From the NCBI GenBank assembly GCA_030390025.1, contig CM059431.1:125738001-125802000 (forward strand): DNA of 64,000 nucleotides. Direction: 5' to 3'. The notes below the pieces were generated by a model. The model was not told where the DNA came from, did not search any database, and worked only from the letters and a program-made list of their open reading frames with translations. Numbering within the stretch: position 1 is the first letter of the stretch; the number at the start of each line of letters is the position of its first letter. This document shows positions 24,255 through 34,066 of the stretch, piece after piece. The position numbers were made by a program, and so were the translations under genes. The DNA is from Squalus acanthias (Eukaryota).

Positions 24255-27200
24255 TTAAATCCTGAGAAGGCTGCTGCGAGCTCTTCCCGACGGTGGGAGG
24301 GCACTGACCCTTCCCTCTGATCTGCCGCAGCCTGTTGCTGCGCTGACCCTTTCCTCTGATCTGCCGCAGCCTGTTACTGCTTCGATGTGGCCTGTCTCTA
24401 CCCGGGTTATCTTAACCTGAAACTTACGCCCTGGGGCAGCCTGTGGACCTGACCACATCTTCCTGGGCTGGGGTACTCTGCTTGACCTACGGGGAATTGC
24501 TATGGGCGGGGGCTCCGTGACGGACGGACCGGGTCCCGAGACCTTCAACGGGATGACCTGGGGTTCCATCACAGGCGCCAGCCCCGCCTCCGCTGACTCC
24601 GCCTCCCTAACCTCGGGGCTGGCAGTTCGGGGCCCCGCCCTGCTCGGCCCAGCAGGCGGCCCTTCACTCGCGAACTCTGCCTCCCCTGAGGACTGGACGT
24701 TCAAAGCGGGCGGCCACACCTCTGGGAACCACATAGCGGCTGGCCCGGCCTCCTCTAGCTCCTTCCTCCTGCTGTCGGGACCTGCAGCTTGTGTGTCCAC
24801 CCCGTATGGATCTCTACCTAGCGGCCCCAATCCTCCAGACCGTTCCTCTGAAACCACCCGTCATCATCACTATGCTCATCTGCACTATCCTCATCTGACC
24901 AGGGTACCCTGGGGTCCTCGTCATCTAACCCCCAACTCCAGAAAAACGCTGCATGATCGTCCGGGATGTCCCTTCCCCTGATGCAAGCTGCTACGCCTGC
25001 CGGTGTGCCTTGTGGTCCTACCTGGGGCTGTGTTTTCCCATTGGCGGGATTTACCCCTGTAGTTTTCCCTTGCGCACCCGGCTGGTACAGTTTACATTGG
25101 TTTATGTGGAACCACTTAGTGCGCCGAGGTACTTTTACGGCGTAAACCATGGGACTTGCCTTGTCTACAATGTTGTAGGGTCCCATATACAGTGGTTCCA
25201 GACTCCCTACTCTGGCGTAGTTTCTGACCATGACCTGGTCTCCTACTTCCCACTCCCGCGTTTTGCGGGGTTCCAGCAACAAGCGATTGCCCTGGTGCTG
25301 CCTTCCCATGTTCCCAGCCGCCTGCTCATAAACTTGCTTCAGGCGCTCCAAGAGAGTTTGGGCGAACTTGTCCCTGCTGATCTCTTGAAGCTGACCCTCA
25401 GTGAGCACCGGGGCTAGCACATGGGTGGGGGTTCGCATGAGCCTGCCGGTCATTACCTCGTGCGGGGAGTACCCCGTACTTTTTGACTGACTGGCCCGGA
25501 CCCCCATGAGGACTAAAGGCAGAACTTCCGCCCATTTTTGGGGCGAGTTCCTAGTCTCTTTCCTCAATTTCTCCTTCAGGGTCCGGTTCATACGTTCAAC
25601 AATCCCGGATGACTGGGGATTGTGTGCTACGTGCCACTTCCCTTCAATGCCCAAAAGCATGAGGGTGTTCTGCATCACCTGGCCGGTGAAATGACTCCCT
25701 TGGTCTGACTCCACGAAACGGGGGAGTCCCCACCGCGAGAACACTTCCCGGACCAAGATTTTTGCTGTACCCAGTGCCGTAGCTGTTCGACAAGGGAAGG
25801 CTTCCACCCACTTGGAAAACACATCCACCAGGACGAGGCAGTACTTATAACCTCCCTGGGTGGTGGGCAGGGGTCCTATATAGTCGATCTGTATCGACTG
25901 CCATGGTCCCTCTACCCTTCTTACGTGTCCCATGGGCACCTTCCTTTTCTGGGGGTCTGGGTTGTTTGCAGCGCACACAAGACAGTTTGCACAGAACTCG
26001 CGGACTTGTTCCCTGAGCCCTGGCCACCATCCCGCTTGCTCTACCCGTTGCCAGGTAACCTCGGGCCCGGGGTGCCCTGCCCCTGGTCCCTCGTGAGCCA
26101 ACTGGAGGAATTCCCTCCTGTGCTGCTGCGGCACAACCCACTGCTCCTCGCGGAACAGCATGCCTTCCTTAACTGAGAGGGTTGCCGTACTGTACGGACC
26201 TTCTACCTGCCTCCCCTCAGCAATCGTTTTTAGGACTGCTTTTAGGGCGGGATCCTGGGCTTGGACGGTCTTAAGGTCTAGGGGCAATGCTACCCTGGTG
26301 TTCCCGGTATTCCCGTCCCCACCTCGGACCGCTGCTATGGGTCCGGTTCTATAGGGGTTCCAGAAAGTACCGTCGCGGGCACCCTCCCTGGCTAGCGCAT
26401 CCGCCTGCCGGTTGCCCTCCCCACGGGGCTCTGTGGAGGAGTGAGCTTTCACCTTATGGATGAAAATCTCCCCTTCCTCCCCTACTGCTGCTGCTAAGAT
26501 CTTTTCCAGCAAGGGCTTTACCGTTAAAGGTCGCCCGTCCGCGGAGGTGTATCCACGGCGGGACCAAATGGCCAGGTATTCCGTACACGAATTGCAGGTG
26601 AACATACTGTCCGAGCAAATCGTGTATGGGGTTGGGAAAATGTCTGGGTGGGTTACCACGTACACCACGGCAGACAGCTCAGCCTGCTGCGCGCTCATGG
26701 TGCTAGGGAGCTTGATCGCCAGGGCAAGGTCTGCCGCAGGGTCATAAACTCCACACCCTGTGAGTCGCTCGCCAGCAGATACTGTGCTAGACCCATCAAC
26801 ATAAATCTCGCGCCCAGTGGGATGTATCCCGGCCCGTAAACCTATGTTGACGTCCCACACCCCCTCCACCGAACACCGGTGGGCTGTACCGGGGTATACC
26901 AAATTGGCCGCAAGCCTGGGCTCGCAAAGACCTTTTACTCTGATGTCCAACTGGGAGAGAAGAAGGGTCCAACGCGCAATGCGTGCGCTGCTTACGGTCC
27001 CGTCTTTAATCCTCCCATCCAGAAGCATCTTAGTTGGTGTGTGATGTGTGAGGAGAGTGATGGGAGAGAGCCCTGTGAAGATCGCTGATCTTTTCACAGC
27101 CCAATGCGTGGCTAAAAGGTGCCTTTCGCAATTGGAAAAACTTCTCTCCACATCCGTTAATACCCTGGATGAATAGACAACCGGCCTCAGCTTGCCGTGA

Positions 27201-28756
27201 CGCTCTTGGAGCAGCACGGCGCTTAAGCTGTCTCCGCTGGCAGCTACCTCCAGGAAAAACTCCTTCCCCCCATCTATGGCCCCTAAGGCTGGCGCGGTCT
27301 GCAGATCCCTTTTTAACTTCTCGAAGGCTGCTTGGCAGCCCTCGTCCCAAAGCCACTCTACTCCCTTATGGAGGAGTCGGAGGAGCGGCGCCGCTGTGGC
27401 CGCATAATCCTCGATAAAATCCCTGCAGTAACCGGTCAGTCCCAAGAAGGACCTCACACCCCTTACGTTGTTGGGAATCGGTAATTCTTGCACCGACTCC
27501 CTCCTTGCTTTGTCTATGGCTCTTTCCCCAGCGCGTAGGGTCAGTCCCAGGAATTTTACTTCCTGCTGACCGATACGTGCTTTCTTTGGGTTTACTTTAA
27601 AACCCTTTCTCGCTAACAGCTCCAATAACTCGTCCAGTAGTGGTCCGTGCTCCTCCCTTGAGTCCGTAAATAGGAGCAAATCATCCACATACTGTACTAT
27701 CTGATTGGGCTGACTAAACTCCTTTAAACTTCCTGCCATACACTGGTGAAAAATACTGGGGCTATTGTGGAAACCCTGTGGCAAGCAGTTCCACGTGTAC
27801 TGTTGCCCTTTAAACGTAAAGGCAAACTTGTACTGGTCCTCTCGCCGCAGCGGGATGGACCAAAAACCGTTCGAGATATCCAGCACCGTGAACGTGGTCG
27901 CGGACGCTGGGATGCTCCCTATTAGGTCAGCAACTGCTGCTACTGTGGGCGCGCAGGCGGGGATGTTACTGTTAAGGACTCTGTAGTCCACCGTGGCTCT
28001 CCACGAATTATCCGGCTTCCTAACCGGCCATAATGGGGAGTTCACGTGTGTGGCTATCGGCCTCAACACGCCCTGCTGCACCAAGGAAGACATTGCTGCC
28101 TCCATATCGGGTTCTGCTTCTTTGGGGAAGTTATACTGCTTTTGGGGTCGGGTCATGGGGTCCCCATCTACGCTGACCTCAAACCCGACCACCCTCCCAC
28201 AATCGTGCTTGTGGGTTGCAAACGCGTGCATATTATCTGTCACGTACGTTTGCATGTCCGTTGGGACATCTGCGACCATAAGCCTGAGGTCGTAGCCTCC
28301 GGATGGCTGTACGGTACACAGGACCCCTGTTTCTTCCTCCCCTTGAATTACCATTACCTCGCCTTTTTCACCTTTAGCCCCCCAGAGACAGTGATTTCTG
28401 AGGTCCACGAGGATCCCGTGTCCCGCTAGCAGATCGGACCCGAGAATACCTCTTCCACCCCCCTTTTGCCATGCCATCAGTATACACTTCCACTTAAGGC
28501 GAAGTGTCCCTAAACGAATGGATAGCGGGAGGGAAAACGTGCCAGCCTGTTCTTTCCCTGTGAACCCTGCTAGCGTGAATGGGACCTTGGTAGATAGCGG
28601 CGAGTCAAAAGGGTCATCTGTATGGATTATGGTGCAAGAAGCTCCCGTGTCCAACAAATAACTGCCCTTTTGTTTCTCTACCTCCATCTCCACCACAGGT
28701 CGCCTCCACGCATCATAGCTGAGCGGACACAGGTAGACGGGCTGTGCTGGTTCTAG
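24255..28756 (-). CDS. pol: pro-pol (PR, RT, tether, RNase H, IN) plus acidic/Pro-rich C-terminal extension (frameshift near 24835)
   Basis: LLDTGAS; LDISNGFW, LPQG, YVDD; YVDGSS/AQQAEL/SDS/GNRQAD; HHCC, QIDYIG/ESDQG/VERMN, GPY. The enzymatic part (24818-28756) is open. Confidence 0.95.
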
Positions 28757-30569
28757 TCATGGGGCACTATTAGACGGTCCTGCGGCACCTACGGGGCCGG
28801 TTGCGACCGCCACCTGTCCACGCGCATTCAAAACCATCTTGCGCATGACTCCTAACACTGCTTCGAGGTCTTCGGGAGAGGTGGGTGCCTTTGCTTCCTT
28901 AGCCGGGACAGGCGCCTGGGTTCGGACCGCGGGATTTTTATCCTTGGAATCCTTCCAAGGGTTCCTGCAGTGCTTGCGCCAGTGCCCTGTCTTCCCACAC
29001 CCGTAACAGGCATTACTTGCCTGTGGGGCGCGATTACCCTCCTGATGCCACTCTCTTTGAGTCGGGGCTGCGGGTCGTACCTCATGTACTCTTCCCTTAA
29101 AGGGACGTGTCGTCATACCCCTTATGTTACGGTAACCTAACGTGAGTCGATTCAAGACCGACTCTTCCGTAAGGTTGAGGTCATTGGGATCGAACCAGGC
29201 TTTTGCCTGCTCTCTAACGGCTGGTAAACTGTTGGCTATTATGCACCTAAGCCAATGAATTAAAGCGGCGCCTTCCACATCTTCGCGCTCGGGCGCACCT
29301 AGACAGCTGCGCTCATATACTGGCCACAGCCTGTCGGCAAAAACCTTCGGGGGTTCTCCCTCCATCTGCACTGTCTGTCCCACTCTAGCAAACGGACCTC
29401 CGTCGTTCGCTCCCACTACTTCTAGGACCTCATTTTTCAATTCCTCATAACTTTTATTACCCCTCTTGCTATCGCCTGAGAGACACTGAAGGACCGAGCT
29501 ATCTAAAGAGAACAGCAGCATTTTTGCTGTCTCCCCATCATCGCAGCCGTTGATGGCTGCGGCTTGCTCAACTTCCCTAAAATGTACGGAAGGGTCGTCT
29601 ATCTCGGTCAGCTTCCTTACGTGGTTTATCATGGCCCTCAGCTGATGTGAACTGTGAGGCAACACCAGCTGTCCGAGGAGATCCCCCGGTTCTTCCCCAC
29701 CGTTTCTGCTTGGGCCCCTTTTAATCCCCGTTACTGGATACAACGATCCCTTTTCTACCTCCTTTTCAACGGGCTCTTTTGCTTCTTCCGTTGCTTCCTC
29801 CCTAACCCAGGTTTCTGAATAGCTGGGTGGCGCGGAGGGCGCAGTGGCTACTACTTCTTCTGCTTTACTTGGTGGGGAATTTCTAAATCTCTCATTTACT
29901 AGCGGCTGGCGTGCCGACGGATTAATAAGGCACACCATGCCGTTCGCATTATTCACGGCCTTTTTGAGGCTCTCTATCTCTTTTTCGCAGGCGCTATGGT
30001 CGGCTCCCTGAAACTTATCCTCAAGGGCCAACTTATACGCCGACCTAACCCCCATTAAGCTCTCTTCTTGAGTTCTTATCTGGGCAGCTTGACGGTTACA
30101 TCTTTCCTTCATCCTACTCTCGTTTAATTTTGCTTCAGTGATCTGGCACTCGAGATACTCTACCCTTGTTTTAAGGTAACTGGAGACTTCCTGGCTTTCC
30201 TGGCGTAACTCATTTAAACTCTTAATGAGCGCCTCCCCTCCAGAAACCTTCTCCTCCATTTCCTCCTCTAGACTGCTTGATTCGAGCGGTTAGCGCTGTA
30301 TTGGTCTGGTTTGAAATCTGAACCTGCCTTTTGTAGCACATAAGCCAGACTGCTTTCTCAACTGCCTTTTTATGCTCCTTACTATCCGTCCACCTTTCAG
30401 CTGCCTCTAGTGGGCTCTTATCCGCTAACAATTCGCTTATCCACTTTTTCGTTAGATTAACCTTTCCAAATACGTAATCCGCTATCTTTTCCTGCATCAC
30501 ATTTCGTACAGTCATTCCAAAATCTAACACACTACCCTCTCGCTGCCAGTGTCCTGCCGCGGTCGCCAT
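28757..30569 (-). pseudogene. gag: gag (coiled-coil N-terminus, PSAPPSY, capsid, CCHC knuckle); one frameshift near 30278
   Basis: ORFs 30222-30569 and 28757-30259; CYGCGKTGHWRKHC; VQMEGEPPKVFADRL. Confidence 0.92.
30551..30568 (-). promoter_or_regulatory. Primer-binding site, tRNA-Arg(UCG)
   Basis: TGGCGACCGCGGCAGGAC, 5 nt after the LTR, complementary to the recalled 3' end of vertebrate tRNA-Arg-TCG (GTCCTGCCGCGGTCG-CCA). Confidence 0.85.
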
Positions 30570-30573
30570 TTTC

Positions 30574-32170
30574 TGTAAGGGATTCTCTCCTGACCCTGCG
30601 TGTCTCGTAGCCTGTGAGATTCACGCGGCTCTGTGCAGCCTGTATGTCAGTGCGGGTCTAGGCCTGGTCTCCAGCCAGTCTGGGAACACTAGACACCCCT
30701 GTGAGTGGTTCGAATCACTCTCCCTTACGGTTCTAGACACTGGACTTAGATGCGAGAGCAGTAATGGAGATAAAACTCATGTAGACTTGGTTTGAACGGT
30801 ACGAAATGGAAAATCTTTATTGCATGATACTTAAAATTATGAAATACATGTCATATGCACAGATTAATGACAGTACAATCTTACAAACAGTTATAATCAC
30901 TCTTAGGGAAACGAGGAACGACCAGCACAACGTAAATAGGGCACACATTACAAATATCCTTAATCTTTAAACCCTCCCCTATCAATATCTATCCTAAAAC
31001 TAGCTTCGTAGGATCTCGAGACTCATGCTCACCACTCGTAATAACTCGGAGAAATCCCGAATAGCTGATCGGATGTTTTTCACCGCAGCACCCACGTGTT
31101 GGTCAGGAGATCTCCTGGTCCCACTTGTTTACTGCTTCTGCTGCTCGGTCAGTCGGCTGGACCGTCCGCTGTAGTGAAGACCTCTGTTGGTTGGATACAA
31201 GGTATGGTGGAGCACCGTTGTCAATATCGCTGATACGATGTGTTTGCACAGTCCAGTTATCATCGATGCAATATGTCTTGTTAAAGAAGAAAACTTCCTG
31301 TCGAGAAGACTTGGCTGATCGACCTACAGGCGCGGTCGGGATCTACTGACCGTGGCGATGGATAAGGTCTTCTTCTCTTCTCCTCTCATCTCATCTCATC
31401 TCATCTCATCCCGGGCCTTCGGTTCCGCTGCCAGCTACCAACATAGGTCTTTGCAACAGTCTTTTACACAGGAGCAGCCACGATGATAACAGCAACAAGC
31501 GGCAAGAGTCAAGAACACGAGGCAAGAACAAGAGCAAGAGGCAAGAGAGCGAATGGACGGTTTGGGCCTGCAATTATAGTGCACAGTTCTTCCGTTTCCC
31601 GCCCAACTACAATGTCCATTCTTTTGTTTAAGGTTTGGCGCCCAAAATGTCCTGTATGGGTGATCTCTGTCCTTAATGGGTTTCGGGGCTACTCCTGAAT
31701 GTTTGAGTACCTGTTAATATTTCTCCCATTGTTAAATCGGTCGGTGTTCCCCCTGGAGGGGTTTGGGGCTTCCAAGTGTCCTGTATAACTACCTGCTAAC
31801 GGCTCTCTCATCGTAGAGCCGTTGGGAGTTTACATATTAATGTCCTTTGGATGGGCCCTTGATGGCTTTCCTTTGTACCTGGGAGACCGATTCCAGTATC
31901 GATGTTTATACTGTAAACCCATAATGTCCTGTGTATTGTCTTCACTGTGCTGAATCGTTATCGATCTTGCAAGAATGTTTATTGGAACGCCATCTTGTCT
32001 GCCTGCTGAAAAGTCTAGAATGTTCTGTCACGCGGTGCGGCGGCCATTTTACAGGCTGCTTGTGTCCAATTTAAACCTGACAGCATTCCGCTGAAATAAA
32101 AGCTGTTTTGAACGAAACTTTGTGTTTTCTCCTTATTAAAAATGAAATCGCGATAATTGCGAATTCTACA
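30574..32170 (-). repeat. Inner provirus 5' LTR
   Basis: Adjacent to the PBS; about 8 differences from 19599-21195. Confidence 0.95.
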
Positions 32171-32174
32171 ACCC

Positions 32175-32251
32175 GCACTGACATACAGGCTGCACAGAGC
32201 CGCGTGAACCTCACAGGCTACGAGACACGCAGGGTCAGGGAATCCCTTACA
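32175..32251 (+). repeat. Outer provirus 5' LTR, displaced last 77 bp of U5
   Basis: Matches 43251-43327 and ends CCCTTACA. Confidence 0.95.
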
Positions 32252-32255
32252 GAAA

Positions 32256-34066
32256 ATGGCGACCGTGGCAGGACACTGGCAGCGAGAGGGTAGTGTGTTA
32301 GATTTTGGAATGACTGTACGAAATGTTATGCAGGAAAAGATAGCGGATTATGTGTTTGGAAAGGTTAACCTAACTAAGAAGTGGATAAGTGAATTGTTAG
32401 CGGATAAGAGCCCACTAGAGGCAGCTGAAAGGTGGACAGATAGTAAGGAACATAAAAAGACCGTTGAGAAAGCAGTCTGGCTTATGTGCTACAAAAGGCA
32501 GGTTCAGATTTCAAACCAGACCATTACAGCGCTAACAGCTCGAATCAGCCATTTAGAGGGAGAAATGGAGGAGAAGGTTTCTGGAGGGGAGGTGCTCATT
32601 AAGAATTTAAATGAGTTACACCAGGAAAGCCAGGAAGTCTCCAGTTACCTTAAAACAAGGATAGAGTATCTCGAGTGCCAGGTCACTGAAGCAAAATTGA
32701 ATGAGAGTAGGTTAAAGGAAAGATGTAACCGCCAAGCTGCCCAGATAAGAACTCAAGAAGAGAGCTTAATGGGGGTTAGGTCGGCGTATAAGTTGGCCCT
32801 TGAGGATAAGTTTCAGGGAGCCGACCATAGCGCCTGCCAAAGGAGATAGAGAGCCTCAAAAAGGCCGTGAATAATGCGAACGGCATGGTGTGCCTTATCA
32901 ATCCGTCGGCGCACCAGCCGCTAGTAAATGAGAGATTTAGAAATTCCCCACCAAGTAAAGCAGAAGAAGTAGTAGCCACTGCGCCCTCCGCGCCACCCAG
33001 CTATTCAGAAACCTGGGTTAGGGAGGAAGCAACGGAAGAAACAAAAGAGCCCATTGAAAAGGAAGTAGAAAAGGGATCGTTGTATCCAGTAACGGGTATT
33101 AAAAGGGGCCCAAGCAGAAACGGTGGGGAAGAACCGGGGGATCTCCTCGGACAGCTGGTGTTGCCTCACAGTTCACATCAGCTGAGAGCTATGATAAACC
33201 ACGTAAGGAAGCTGACCGAGATAGACGACCCTTCCGTACATTTCAGAGAAGTTGAGCAAGCCGCAGCCATTAACGGCTGCGATGATGGGGAGACAGCAAA
33301 AATGCTGCTGTTCTCATTAGACAGCTCGGTCCTTCAGTGTCTCTCAGGCGAGAGCAAGAGGGGAAACAAAAGTTATGAGGAATTGAAAAATGAGGTCCTA
33401 GAAGTAGTGGGGGCGAACGACGGAGGTCCGTTTGCTAGAGTGGGACAGACAGTGCAGATGGAGGGAGAACCCCCGAAGGTTTTTGCCGACAGGCTGTGGC
33501 CAGTATATGAGCGCAGCTGTCTAGGTGCGCCCGAGCGCGAAGATGTGGAAGGCGCCGCTCTAATTCATTGGCTTAGGTGCATAATAGCCAACAGTTTACC
33601 AGCCGTTAGAGAGCAGGCAAAAGCCTGGTTCGATCCCAATGACCTCAACCTTACGGAAGAGTCGGTCTTGAATCGACTCACGTTAGGTTACCGTAACATA
33701 AGGGGTATGACGACACGTCCCTTTAAGGGAAGAGTACATGAGGTACGACCCGCAGCCCCGGCTCAAAGAGAGTGGCATCAGGAGGGTAATCGCGCCCCAC
33801 AGGCAAGTAATGCCTGTTACGGGTGTGGGAAGACAGGGCACTGGCGCAAGCACTGCAGGAACCCTTGGAAGGATTCCAAGGATAAAAATCCCGCGGTCCG
33901 AGCCCAGGCGCCTGTCCCGGCTAAGGAAGCCAAGGCACCCACCCCTCCCGACGACCTCGAAGCAGTGTTAGGAGCCATGCGCAAGATGGTTTTGAATGCG
34001 CGTGGACAGGTGGCGGTCGCAACCGGCCCCGTAGGTGCCGCAGGACCGTCTAATAGTGCCCCATGA
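32256..34066 (+). pseudogene. gag: gag; one frameshift near 32840
   Basis: ORFs 32256-32849 and 32867-34066; near-identical to the inner gag. Confidence 0.92.
32257..32274 (+). promoter_or_regulatory. Primer-binding site, tRNA-Arg(UCG), one C>T change
   Basis: TGGCGACCGTGGCAGGAC. Confidence 0.85.

Larger units (their letters stand above)
19599..32170 (-). mobile_element. Endogenous retrovirus, inner provirus inserted antisense into the outer 5' LTR
   Basis: Two 1597-bp LTRs; TSD ACCC at 19595-19598 and 32171-32174; full gag-pol-env. Confidence 0.96.

Noticed and set aside
24255..24857. Separate accessory ORF between pol and env
   Set aside because: The two copies break at different single-base indels and their consensus is contiguous with pol, so it is treated as a Pol tail.
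24818..30569. Classification as a foamy virus or plain Gypsy element
   Set aside because: A CCHC knuckle, in-frame gag-pol, Arg PBS and no tas/bet argue against foamy virus; dual RNase H and env argue against ordinary Gypsy. Phylogeny is still needed.
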